Shown: positions 1-8,693, counted from the stretch's first letter. The stretch is DNA of 18,870 nucleotides from Bdellovibrionota bacterium FG-2 (GCA_051382305.1 JBBCAV010000325.1:1-18870), one strand, 5' to 3'. Numbers and translations are program-made. Notes: generated by a model from the sequence alone, not told the origin.

Positions 1-116
1 CGCGCTCAACAACGCTTCACGAGTGGATTTAGAAAAATATTTCGTACAATCATTTCTGCACAAAAAGTGTGTCAACATAATTTTTCAAGTTTTAAAAAAA
101 AGGGCTGACCAGTTAC
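1..116 (-). mobile_element. Probable terminus of an insertion sequence extending beyond the window's left edge
   Basis: The minus strand from 116 reads GTAACTGGTCAGCC, an A/T tract, then TGTTGACA (70-77). This matches the motif at 18818-18870 (12/14 identity plus TGTTGACA). An ATG at 78 opens a frame (MLTHFLCRNDCTKYFSKSTREALLSA) to the edge. Confidence 0.5.
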
Positions 117-347
117 CAGGGCTGCAAGATCAATTCCCGCAACATTGGTCTGAGAAAAAGCTTTGAGGTCATCCAAAACTTCTTTAGCCTTGAGCTGGAA
201 GTCAACCGCAAAAGCGTCGCCACCATTGCCGGCGCCGAAGTCCCCGCCACCTGCGCTGGCAAAGAGGGTTGAGGGGGAGAGCGTTGCGATTGCGAGCACC
301 GATAAAACCACAGCCTTTGCGAGGCCGCGTGTGATTGAACTAAGCAT
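72..347 (-). pseudogene. Secreted protein (signal peptide plus GGDFGAGNGGD motif), probably 3'-truncated by the IS-like end at 116
   Basis: AAGGAG SD precedes ATG 347, which overlaps the upstream stop. There is a Sec-type signal peptide ending ...TLFA and a Gly-rich GNGGD motif. The last 14 residues (VTGQPFFLKLEKLC) are encoded inside the IS-like end. Confidence 0.55.
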
Positions 348-1236
348 TGAATATCTCCTTTTTACTGCTTACAGGGTTATTCTCAGTGTCACCGCCTTCG
401 TCCTCGATACCTTTAGGTATCGGGCTCTCCGTAAGTTGAAAAAACTGAACGGTCATTTGGTATACTTCGTTTCCCGCATCCGAGCCAATGGCTTGGGCGA
501 ATTGGGCACGAAACTTTCGAATCATTTCTTTGGCGAGAGGAATTTTATCGCGACTCACAGAAAGCGCAAACGATTGAGATTCGCGCTGAGTGATGGGGCT
601 TTTTTCAATGGCTTCGCCAGCGAGCTTCAGCACTTCCTGGTGATACTTGCGGGCGCCCGCGCTCGCGACGTCATCGCGCGTGGTGACACGATTGAAAGTC
701 GCCTCGAGTTTTCCGTCTTTGTTTTTTACGAGCAGTCCAAGGCTCAAAAGGCGGGTCAGCGCAGCGTTGATTTCTGAGATTTCTACCTTTGTTTTGAAGC
801 GTGAGTGGATCCACTGAGCGGAGGATTCAAAATCACGAAGTTGAGTCATGGCCAGAATCGCCATATGGGCCCAATGCGAGATGACCATGAACTCGTCGAC
901 TTCTTTAGTGCGAAACTCTTTGCCGGGGTTGAGATCACTGAGCCAAAGTTCGTAAAGTGATTTCTCTTCAGGATCCTCTGCCCCTTCAAACTGAATGAGG
1001 GCTTGGAGATAAAGCTTTTCCTGAGAACTGAGGCGAAGGCCTTTGGCCAAAAACGCGGCGTGTTTGACTCGCAGCGGGCGCGTGCCCTGCAAAAGCATGA
1101 CGAGTAGGGTGTGGGATTTGAGTTCCATCTCCTTGGCCCATTTGCGCACGGAGAACTCCGGATCGAGCTTTTGCTTTGAGCTCAAAGTGTCGAGCAAGAA
1201 CTGGCGAGGGCTTGCGTAGTTGAAGATGGAAAACAT
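340..1236 (-). CDS. TIGR02147 family protein (N-terminal HTH-like region plus DUF4423)
   Basis: Family-like motifs IFNY..RQFL, FSVRKWAKEMELKS, ISHWAHMAILAM, ARKYHQEVL, REsqsFALSV and VYQMTVQFFQLT; 298 aa. Confidence 0.9.
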   Translation of the reverse strand: MFSIFNYASPRQFLLDTLSSKQKLDPEFSVRKWAKEMELKSHTLLVMLLQGTRPLRVKHAAFLAKGLRLSSQEKLYLQALIQFEGAEDPEEKSLYELWLSDLNPGKEFRTKEVDEFMVISHWAHMAILAMTQLRDFESSAQWIHSRFKTKVEISEINAALTRLLSLGLLVKNKDGKLEATFNRVTTRDDVASAGARKYHQEVLKLAGEAIEKSPITQRESQSFALSVSRDKIPLAKEMIRKFRAQFAQAIGSDAGNEVYQMTVQFFQLTESPIPKGIEDEGGDTENNPVSSKKEIFNA

Positions 1237-1277
1237 TGGAAGCGGGAATACAGGTGGGCGGGCAGAGTGTTAAATCG

Positions 1278-1309
1278 TTTGTGACCACTGGGTAATTATT
1301 TGTGACCAC
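1278..1309. promoter_or_regulatory. Perfect 11-bp direct repeat TTTGTGACCAC x2, 21-bp period; candidate operator
   Basis: Copies at 1278-1288 and 1299-1309, about 40-70 bp upstream of the TIGR02147 ATG. Confidence 0.6.
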
Positions 1310-1371
1310 CTCATTATGTGCGGAGCGTTACGATGAGAGATTGCTTTGCCACTTCTCAAAATGCGAAGTTA

Positions 1372-1530
1372 GAGGCCTACCGCCCCGCCCCTTAGGCCCA
1401 ATACTTCACTCTTTCGGAAGTGCGGTCGTCCCGGCTTCAAAGCATCCACACTTCTTACTTAACTTGAAGGAGACGTGATCACCTTCGCGCGCGCTTTGGC
1501 CCCGCGCCCTCCCTCGCAAATATAGGCCTC
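1372..1530 (-). ncRNA. Structured non-coding RNA candidate, family not recognised
   Basis: Closing stem GAGGCCUA/UAGGCCUC; internal helices GAAGG/CCUUC, GAAGUGUGG/CCGCACUUC and GCGCG/CGCGC; a C-GAAA-G loop. Intergenic, with no tracked ORF. Confidence 0.55.
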
Positions 1531-1544
1531 AAAGAGTAAAAGCG

Positions 1545-2186
1545 CTAGAACCGCGAATCAAACGTATAAATATGCCGAACATCGATATGATGAAACCGTA
1601 GATGTTTCAGTTTCATGGCCGAAAGCTGGAGAATGAGCTTGGTCTGGCGGCTCTTGTCTTGGTAGCGGACCTTTTTGATTTCGCCTAAAATGAAGGATTC
1701 CATCTCGTTGGGGTGGAAGCAAAATCCCTTCGAAAATTCAAAGCCGTCTTTGAACGGAATAATCCGCGCTTCAAAAATATCGCCGCGGTCAAAGCCTCTA
1801 TTGATTTCCGCATCAACGACGGTTTGGGTCTTTTCGGAGAAGAGATCAAAGACCACAAGTCCCTTCTTGTTCCAGGTGAGGCGTTTGAGTCTGAAAACGG
1901 AGTGAATCGTCGAGCAAAAATCTCGGTAAATATTGAGCTCTTCGCTGGTGAAGCGATCCTTATTTTTTCGAAAATAGTACTTAATGGGCGGGAGATCGAC
2001 CCCCGGAAGATCACGATCAAACAAATACCAATCCATGAAGATACACATGCGCTGTTCGAACTCGCTGTCTTCTTCATATACGATCCCTGCTTTATCAAAA
2101 TATTCTTGCTTGGCGTGATAAACCTCGCGGTAGTATTCGCCGGTCGTGAATTCTTCAATGATAGGTTCAAGGTATTTTTGATACAT
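1545..2186 (-). CDS. Hypothetical protein (213 aa)
   Basis: Long ORF co-oriented with carA and starting 18 bp after its stop; globular, aromatic-rich composition (FMDWYLFDR, IFEARIIP, GFCFHP). Function not recognised. Confidence 0.8.
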   Translation of the reverse strand: MYQKYLEPIIEEFTTGEYYREVYHAKQEYFDKAGIVYEEDSEFEQRMCIFMDWYLFDRDLPGVDLPPIKYYFRKNKDRFTSEELNIYRDFCSTIHSVFRLKRLTWNKKGLVVFDLFSEKTQTVVDAEINRGFDRGDIFEARIIPFKDGFEFSKGFCFHPNEMESFILGEIKKVRYQDKSRQTKLILQLSAMKLKHLRFHHIDVRHIYTFDSRF

Positions 2187-2204
2187 TCCGATCTCAGTCT
2201 TGTC

Positions 2205-3317
2205 TCAGTCTTTTTTCATATTATCCACAAATCGATCAAACAGCATCATCGAATCGTGCGGTCCAGGACAAGCTTCGGGATGATACTGTACAGAGAAGGC
2301 GCACCTCCCTGCCACCGTCAAACCTTCGACGGTTTGATCGTTGAGATTCACGTGGCTGACCTCAAGGCCGGGAGGTAATGATCTTGCATCTACTGAATAG
2401 CCATGATTGTGGGAGCTGATCTCGACTTTTTGGGTGCCTCGATCGATCACGGGTTGGTTCCCGCCGCGATGGCCGAATTTTAGTTTGTAGGTCTTGGCGC
2501 CCATGGCTAGAGCCAAGATTTGGTGTCCCATGCACACCCCAAAAACAGGTACACGTCCCACAAGTTTCCTGACAGTTTCTGCCGCATACGGGGCTGCCGC
2601 CGGGTCGCCCGGGCCATTGGAGAGAAAAACTCCATCGGGCTTGCGATCCAAAATAGCCTCTGCTGAGGTCGAAGCCGGCACAACTTCGATTGAACAGCCG
2701 CGCTCTTCGAGGGCGCGAAGGAGATTTCGTTTTACCCCAAAATCAACCGCAACCACGCGATACTTTGGTTTTGCGGGCGAAGCTGAGCCTTCCCAGGTAT
2801 AAGCCTGATCGGTCGTAACTTCCTTAATCAGATCGCGGCCTTCAAAAGGGGGAAGTTTCTTAAAAAGATCTCCCGCGCGCGCACGATCACCCTCAGCGAT
2901 AATGAGTCCTCGGAGTGCGCCTCGGGATCTGATATGCTGGGTTAGTTTTCTCGTATCGACATCGGTAAGGACTGGGACGCCCGCTTCACGCAGGTAGGAT
3001 TCGAGATTTCCGGTGGCTCGCCAATTTGAAGGGGAATCCGTAAGCGATTGCACTACGAATCCCGCGCACCAGACCTTTGCGCTCTCGGGGTCTTCGAGGT
3101 TAACGCCAGTGTTTCCAATATGAGCGGCGGTCATGCAGATGATTTGCCCAAAGTAGGAGGGGTCTGTCAGAATTTCTTGATAACCAGTCATTGAGGTGTT
3201 GAAAACCACTTCGCCGTAGCCACGATCGGATTTCATCGAAGTAAAATCCACGGCGGCGCCCCGCAGGATGCCCGGAAATTCAGTGCCATCTTCGAGAATC
3301 AGGAGGCCTTTGGTCAT
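2205..3317 (-). CDS. carA: Carbamoyl-phosphate synthase small (glutaminase) subunit
   Basis: GEVVFNTSMTGYQEILTDPSY, LSNGPGDP, GVCMGHQ (catalytic Cys), FSVQYHPEA. Confidence 0.98.
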   Translation of the reverse strand: MTKGLLILEDGTEFPGILRGAAVDFTSMKSDRGYGEVVFNTSMTGYQEILTDPSYFGQIICMTAAHIGNTGVNLEDPESAKVWCAGFVVQSLTDSPSNWRATGNLESYLREAGVPVLTDVDTRKLTQHIRSRGALRGLIIAEGDRARAGDLFKKLPPFEGRDLIKEVTTDQAYTWEGSASPAKPKYRVVAVDFGVKRNLLRALEERGCSIEVVPASTSAEAILDRKPDGVFLSNGPGDPAAAPYAAETVRKLVGRVPVFGVCMGHQILALAMGAKTYKLKFGHRGGNQPVIDRGTQKVEISSHNHGYSVDARSLPPGLEVSHVNLNDQTVEGLTVAGRCAFSVQYHPEACPGPHDSMMLFDRFVDNMKKD

Positions 3318-4660
3318 AGATGCTTCTCGGCGTGTCGACCTGAGTCCGTACTCTGAAATTTAATTTTGCCCTCGACGAGGGTGGCGACTACTTCGCCTTG
3401 GAGCGAGTGCCCTAGGTAAGGTGAGTTGCGACTTTTTGAGACAATGCGCTCTTCTGTCAAAACCCATTTACGCTCAGGATCGATAATCGTGATGTCCGCC
3501 GCCGCACCTTTTTTAAGCGTGCCAAACGGCAAACCCAAAATTTTTGCGGGTTTTGTGGTCATGCTCTCAATCCAGCGCGTGAGGCTCAAGTGTCCCTCTT
3601 GGACAAGCGAGAGAGTCACTGGAATCGTCGTTTGTAGTCCAATGAGGCCATTGGAGGCTTGATCGAACTCGACGAACTTGTCGATGACGCCGTGGGGTGC
3701 ATGATCACTGGCAATAAGGTCAAGCACGCCCTCGGCGAGCGCTTTTCTCACGGCCAACATATCGTGGTGCGATCGGAGAGGTGGGCAAACCTTGAATCGG
3801 GTGTCGTAACCGCGGATGTTTTCTTCAGTGAGCGTGAGGTGGTGAGGTGAGGCTTCTGCGGTGATGGGGAGGCCCGCTTCTTTAGCGCGTTTGATGTGAT
3901 CAATCGCGAGTGCCGTTGAAATATGCGCAAAATGCACAGGGCATCGTGTAAGTCGACAAAGGGCAATGTCGCGTGCAACCATGATCTCTTCGGCGGCGGC
4001 AGGATTGCCTCTCAGCCCAAGCTCGGTGGAAAGTGCGCTTTCGTTCATCACACCTTGTCCAACTAAAGATGCATCTTCCGCGTGACTGATAATCGGAATT
4101 GCAAATGCTTTGGCATAGTCCATGGCCTTGCGCAGGACGTAGGAATTCATTACGGGCATGCCATCATCGCTCAAAGCGCGAACGCCTTCTTCGACCATTC
4201 CGCCAATTTCGGCAAGCTCCATCCCTTTGAGTCCACGGGTCACCGCACCGACGGGAAAAACGCGACAGGCGCCGAATTGGCGCACACGTTCCCTGATAAA
4301 TACCGTGACGGCGGCGTTGTCATTGACGGGTTGAGTGTTGGCCATGCAGGCAACCGAAGTAAATCCACCCGTGACCGCAGCCTTTGTGCCCGTTTCAATT
4401 GTTTCTTTATACTCAAATCCGGGTTCACGCAGATGCACGTGAATGTCGATAAAGCCAGGGAGAACCCAGGCGCCTTTTGCATTCAGCGTTTCGGCAATTC
4501 CGGGGGTATGGGCGAAGGATCCCGGTTTGTCGATCGCAGCAATCACGCCATTTTCGACGAGGAGGTCCGCTTCTTGGTCGAAGTTCGAGGAGGGATCAAT
4601 GACTCGACCGCCTTGAATCAAGAGTCTTGGATTTTTGGGAGTTGTGGGCGAGTTAGGCAC
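3314..4660 (-). CDS. pyrC: Dihydroorotase (type I)
   Basis: DIHVHLREPG, MANTQP, SDDG, HAED, HIST, SDHAPH. Start moved to GTG 4660, which has an AAGGAGG SD and overlaps the pyrB end. Confidence 0.96.
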   Translation of the reverse strand: MPNSPTTPKNPRLLIQGGRVIDPSSNFDQEADLLVENGVIAAIDKPGSFAHTPGIAETLNAKGAWVLPGFIDIHVHLREPGFEYKETIETGTKAAVTGGFTSVACMANTQPVNDNAAVTVFIRERVRQFGACRVFPVGAVTRGLKGMELAEIGGMVEEGVRALSDDGMPVMNSYVLRKAMDYAKAFAIPIISHAEDASLVGQGVMNESALSTELGLRGNPAAAEEIMVARDIALCRLTRCPVHFAHISTALAIDHIKRAKEAGLPITAEASPHHLTLTEENIRGYDTRFKVCPPLRSHHDMLAVRKALAEGVLDLIASDHAPHGVIDKFVEFDQASNGLIGLQTTIPVTLSLVQEGHLSLTRWIESMTTKPAKILGLPFGTLKKGAAADITIIDPERKWVLTEERIVSKSRNSPYLGHSLQGEVVATLVEGKIKFQSTDSGRHAEKHL

Positions 4661-5618
4661 GAGCGCCTCCTTTATCAGCTGTTTTAAGCCAAGCCGCAAG
4701 CGCGTCAGGCGCACAAACCGAAGCAAGCACCGCCATGCGAATCAGTACGCCGTTGAAAACTTGATCCAAAATCACAGAGCGCGGTCCGTCCGCAATTTCG
4801 GCATCAAGCTCGACGCCCCGATTTATGGGACCAGGATGCAGGATGATTGCATGGGGTTTCAAGAGCTGCGCACGTTCCTTATTGAGACCCCAGATTTTGG
4901 AGTATTCCGAAAGAGAGGGGAACTGTTTTTGATCCTGCCGTTCCATTTGAATTCGAAGCGCCATGACGACGTCAGCATCCGGAAGCAATTCTTCGGGGCG
5001 ATAGGCATAATCCACGCCCAAGACCTCGGGCTTTGGAGGAAGCAGCGTGGGAGGGGCGCACACGGCAACGCTTGCGCCAAGTTTCTTCAAAATATGAATA
5101 TTGGATCGCGCCACTCGACTGTGCGCAATGTCACCCAAGATGACGACGCGCTTGCCTTTGATTTCGCCAAGTTTCTCTTGAATCGTAAATGCATCTAACA
5201 AACCTTGCGTGGGATGCTCGTGAAACCCATCTCCAGCATTGATGACGGGTAGCGAGAGGCATTTTGCCAAAAAGTTTGGGCTTCCGGCAGAAGAGTGGCG
5301 AACCACCAGGCAATGCGGCCGCATGGCTTCAATATTCTTTGCCGTGTCGACCAGCGTTTCACCCTTAGTGAGGCTGGAGGTCGAGGCTGCAAAATTCAGG
5401 ACATTTCCTTGAAGTTTTCGCGTGGCTACTTCAAAAGAAATTCGAGTGCGGGTGGAGTTTTCGAAGAAAAGATTAACAACCGTTTTGCCCTGGAGCAGCG
5501 GAATTGTTTCTCCTTCATGGATCGGTTTGAAAAAGGCTCGTGCGACCTGGAGCAGTGATTGAATCTCGGCAGTGTTGAGATCGCCGGCAGAGAGTAGATG
5601 TCGAAGACGGGGAGGCAT
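4653..5618 (-). CDS. pyrB: Aspartate carbamoyltransferase catalytic subunit
   Basis: FFENSTRTRISFE, NAGDG.HEHPTQ, GDIAHSRVARS, HPGPINRGVE. Start moved to ATG 5618, 1 nt after the lepB stop. Confidence 0.97.
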   Translation of the reverse strand: MPPRLRHLLSAGDLNTAEIQSLLQVARAFFKPIHEGETIPLLQGKTVVNLFFENSTRTRISFEVATRKLQGNVLNFAASTSSLTKGETLVDTAKNIEAMRPHCLVVRHSSAGSPNFLAKCLSLPVINAGDGFHEHPTQGLLDAFTIQEKLGEIKGKRVVILGDIAHSRVARSNIHILKKLGASVAVCAPPTLLPPKPEVLGVDYAYRPEELLPDADVVMALRIQMERQDQKQFPSLSEYSKIWGLNKERAQLLKPHAIILHPGPINRGVELDAEIADGPRSVILDQVFNGVLIRMAVLASVCAPDALAAWLKTADKGGARA

Positions 5619-5619
5619 T

Positions 5620-6312
5620 TTATTCGACCTTTCTGAAAAAACGTTCAAAACGAAACTGGGGAAAAAAACTTGAAGCGCTCTGAGTCGAAACATTGGGCTC
5701 GACACTTAACCAAATCCAAAGAGCTTTTCCGCCGAGAGTAGAGATCGGAACAATACTCGATGGGGTTGCAAGTTTTGACTTACGCAGGCTTTGCACTGGC
5801 TGCGAACGATAATCGCCAATCAAGAAAACCGATCCTTCAGGGACCTTTTCAGGGCCGCGATCTTCAAGGAGCGGGGGTTCCCAGCATACGAGGTAGGAGT
5901 GCCCTTCAGGGAGATATTCTTTGCCGCAAGGCGAGTTCTTATTTGTATCGATAGCAAGGGATTTTCCGTTAAGAACGACTCGGGTCGCCCTAATTTCAAC
6001 GGTATCGCCCGGAAGACCAATAACGCGCTTGATGTATTGGCGATTTGGATCATGAGGGGGCGCATAGATCACGACTTCGCCCCGCGCAGGGAGTCGTCCT
6101 TGAGTGAGCGTGATGTCTGTGCCGGGCAACTTCAGTCCGAACGGCCACTTGGCAACAAAAATGGTGTCGCCAGGCTCAAGCGTAGGTTTCATGGCCAGGG
6201 TAGGAATGCGATAGGCTTCGAATAAGAAAAAACGAATGCACAAGGCGATCGTGACCGAGAGAACGATCGTTATGCCGTAAAACTTTACGAGCCTGCGAGT
6301 TGACTCCTTCAA
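5620..6312 (-). CDS. lepB: Signal peptidase I homolog with the catalytic Ser replaced by Ala
   Basis: Single N-terminal TM helix, IPTLAMKPTL.PGD, RGEVVIY, YIKRVIGLPGD; lies immediately after lepA. Confidence 0.88.
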   Translation of the reverse strand: MKESTRRLVKFYGITIVLSVTIALCIRFFLFEAYRIPTLAMKPTLEPGDTIFVAKWPFGLKLPGTDITLTQGRLPARGEVVIYAPPHDPNRQYIKRVIGLPGDTVEIRATRVVLNGKSLAIDTNKNSPCGKEYLPEGHSYLVCWEPPLLEDRGPEKVPEGSVFLIGDYRSQPVQSLRKSKLATPSSIVPISTLGGKALWIWLSVEPNVSTQSASSFFPQFRFERFFRKVE

Positions 6313-6313
6313 A

Positions 6314-8110
6314 TCAATCCACCTTCAAAACGGCGAGAAAGGCCTCCTGCGGAATCTCCACGGAGCCAATCGTTTTCATCCGTTTTTTCCCTTCTTTTTG
6401 TTTTTCCAATAATTTGCGCTTACGAGAAATATCACCGCCATAGCACTTAGCTGTCACGTTCTTGCGCAGCGCGGAGAGGCTTTCGCGAGCGACGATCTTG
6501 GCGCCGATAGCGGCCTGAATGGCGATTTCAAACATTTGCCGATCAATGAGTTCCTTCATCTTCTTGGTCAGGTCGCGTCCCCGGTTGGCAGCTTTGTCGC
6601 GATGGGTGATTAGCGAGAGAGCGTCGACAGGGTCGCCGTTGATGAGGATATCGAGTTTCACCATGTCAGCCACGCGATAGTCTGCTAGATCATAATCCAT
6701 CGAGGCGTAACCTCGGGAAACGCTCTTGAGCCGGTCGTAGAAGTCAAAAACCATTTCGTTCAAAGGCATTTCGTAGGTGAGAGTGACGCGATCCTTTGTT
6801 GGGTAGTCGAGCTTTTTTTGGATTCCCCTGCGATCGTTGCATAAGGACATGATAGCACCGACAAATTCAGTGGGCATGTGCAACGAGAGATTGATGTAAG
6901 GCTCTTCGATGGTCTCGATACGCGTGGTTTCGGGAAGTTTCGAAGGGTTGTCCACCATGATGATTTCGCCGTTGGTGAGAGTGACTCGATAAAGAACCGA
7001 AGGCGCGGTGGTGATTAACGCTAAGTCGTATTCGCGCTCGAGCCGCTCTTGCACGACATCCATGTGAAGGAGGCCTAAGAAGCCGCAGCGAAATCCAAAT
7101 CCGAGTGCCGTCGAAGTCTCCGGTTCCCAGCTAATCGAAGAGTCGTTGAGTTTGAGTTTATCCAACGCATCTTTGAGTTTGTTATACTCGGTGGCGTCGA
7201 TGGGATAAATTCCACAAAAAACCATGGGTTTTGCTTCTTTGAAACCATGGAGAGGTTCAGTCGCCAGATGTCCGATATCCATGATCGTATCGCCGACCTT
7301 CATGTCGCGAACGTCGCGGATTCCGCAAATGACCGCGCCCACTTCGCCGCTTGTGATCGCGTTGACGTCAGCAAACTTCGGAGTATATACTCCCACGCGC
7401 AGAACTTCGTATTCTTTTCCGACGTGGAACAGGCGGATGCGTGTGCCTTTGGTGATTTTGCCTTCAAACACCCGGCAAAGGGCGATGACGCCCTGATAGG
7501 GGTCAAACCAGCTATCGAAAATCAGTGCACGAAGAGGATCTCCATCGGCATCTTTGGGAGCGGGGAAGTGCTCGACGATTCCTTCTAGGATTTCTTCAAT
7601 TCCAATTCCCGTTTTTGCGCTCGCTTTGAGTGCGCGAGTGGTGTCAACGAGGCCGATGTATTCATCGACTTCTCGGATGACCCGATCTGGATCCGCTGAC
7701 GGGAGATCGATTTTGTTGATGACGGGGAGAATTTCTAAGTTGCTATCCAGGGCCAGGAAAACGTTGGCCAGCGTTTGCGCCTCAACGCCTTGAGAGGCGT
7801 CAACAACGAGAATCGCGCCTTCGCAAGCGGCAAGCGAGCGGGAGACTTCGTAGGTGAAGTCGACGTGGCCGGGAGTATCGATGAGATTCAAGATATAGTT
7901 CTCGCCGTTTTTGGCCTTGTACTTCAGACGGACGCTTTGCGCTTTGATCGTGATGCCGCGTTCGCGCTCAATGTCCATGTTGTCGAGGTATTGAGATTCC
8001 ATGTCGCGAGAATGGACAGTTCCCGTCTTCTCAAGAAGGCGGTCGGCAAGCGTGGATTTGCCGTGATCGATGTGGGCAATGATACAGAAGTTGCGGATAT
8101 TTTTAGACAT
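6314..8110 (-). CDS. lepA: Translation elongation factor 4 (LepA)
   Basis: [58 protein letters not shown]. Confidence 0.99.
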   Translation of the reverse strand: MSKNIRNFCIIAHIDHGKSTLADRLLEKTGTVHSRDMESQYLDNMDIERERGITIKAQSVRLKYKAKNGENYILNLIDTPGHVDFTYEVSRSLAACEGAILVVDASQGVEAQTLANVFLALDSNLEILPVINKIDLPSADPDRVIREVDEYIGLVDTTRALKASAKTGIGIEEILEGIVEHFPAPKDADGDPLRALIFDSWFDPYQGVIALCRVFEGKITKGTRIRLFHVGKEYEVLRVGVYTPKFADVNAITSGEVGAVICGIRDVRDMKVGDTIMDIGHLATEPLHGFKEAKPMVFCGIYPIDATEYNKLKDALDKLKLNDSSISWEPETSTALGFGFRCGFLGLLHMDVVQERLEREYDLALITTAPSVLYRVTLTNGEIIMVDNPSKLPETTRIETIEEPYINLSLHMPTEFVGAIMSLCNDRRGIQKKLDYPTKDRVTLTYEMPLNEMVFDFYDRLKSVSRGYASMDYDLADYRVADMVKLDILINGDPVDALSLITHRDKAANRGRDLTKKMKELIDRQMFEIAIQAAIGAKIVARESLSALRKNVTAKCYGGDISRKRKLLEKQKEGKKRMKTIGSVEIPQEAFLAVLKVD

Positions 8111-8260
8111 GGTTTTGAGCGAAGGTAGCAGAACTGGGGGGGGTTAAAAAGGGGCAATTTTGAAGTGTTGCAGTGAGTTAAGAGGGAGTGTTTTCCTAAT
8201 GCGCGGGGATTGCCACCTCGCCGGAGAGGGTGCGATGCGTTAGGTGAGGAGGTGGTGCTT

Positions 8261-8460
8261 TTAAAGTATGGCCACGAATATCGATCGCTCCGCCTCCGGG
8301 TTGTTCAACCAATGGGGCTCAATTCGCTGATACCCCGCAGACTCAAAGGCTTTGGTGAGTCCAGGCCAGAGTACGTTATTACCGCGTTTTTCGCGGGAGC
8401 TCGCATCAAAGGGATAGCTTTCAATGGATTCCCAACCTTGCGTGCGGCCATATTCTTTTA
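8261..8460 (-). pseudogene. 3' fragment of a probable GNAT acetyltransferase gene
   Basis: KEYGRTQGWESIESYPFD...WPGLTKAFESAGY resembles GNAT C-terminal elements (E.YP ... G...FE.AG[FY]). The tracked ORF's N-terminus lies inside the IS end. Confidence 0.5.
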
Positions 8461-8671
8461 ACACCGATTTTCGCGTGGCGTAGTTTCTAAACACTTTTCG
8501 CTAATCGCCCCGTGTTTTTCCGAGGATTTTCGAGGATTATGACTCTGCTTATTATCTGGTTTGACGCATAAAAAATTTAATCGCGGCAGTTAAAACACAC
8601 TGCTGCCCGTCTCCACCTATTTTTTACTATCCAAAATCTCACTCCATTTATCGTAAAAAGCGCCTAATTAT

Positions 8672-8693
8672 CGGAAGATCGCGCGATCTTCCG
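8672..8693. repeat. Perfect 22-bp palindrome in the IS leader, possibly a terminator or binding site
   Basis: CGGAAGATCGC|GCGATCTTCCG followed by caggtgttgTTTTTTT. Confidence 0.6.

Noticed and set aside
163-777. 204-aa plus-strand ORF
   Set aside because: Antisense shadow of the TIGR02147 and secreted-protein genes, with no recognisable motifs.
1372-1530. 6S RNA, SRP RNA or pistol ribozyme identity for the structured RNA
   Set aside because: It folds as several branches rather than a 6S rod, has no SRP domain IV motif, and shows only a superficial GGCCUAAG resemblance to pistol. Left unnamed.
4661-5705. Longer tracked starts for pyrC (4726) and pyrB (5705)
   Set aside because: They overlap upstream genes extensively; downstream starts fit SD or coupling and homolog length.
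1675-8157. Many alternative-frame and antisense ORFs over the pyr/lep genes
   Set aside because: They overlap well-supported conserved genes and show no protein-family signal.
8210-8494. ORF 8210-8461(+) and the full 8261-8494(-) ORF as real genes
   Set aside because: The first is antisense to the GNAT-like fragment; the second takes its start from inside the IS end.
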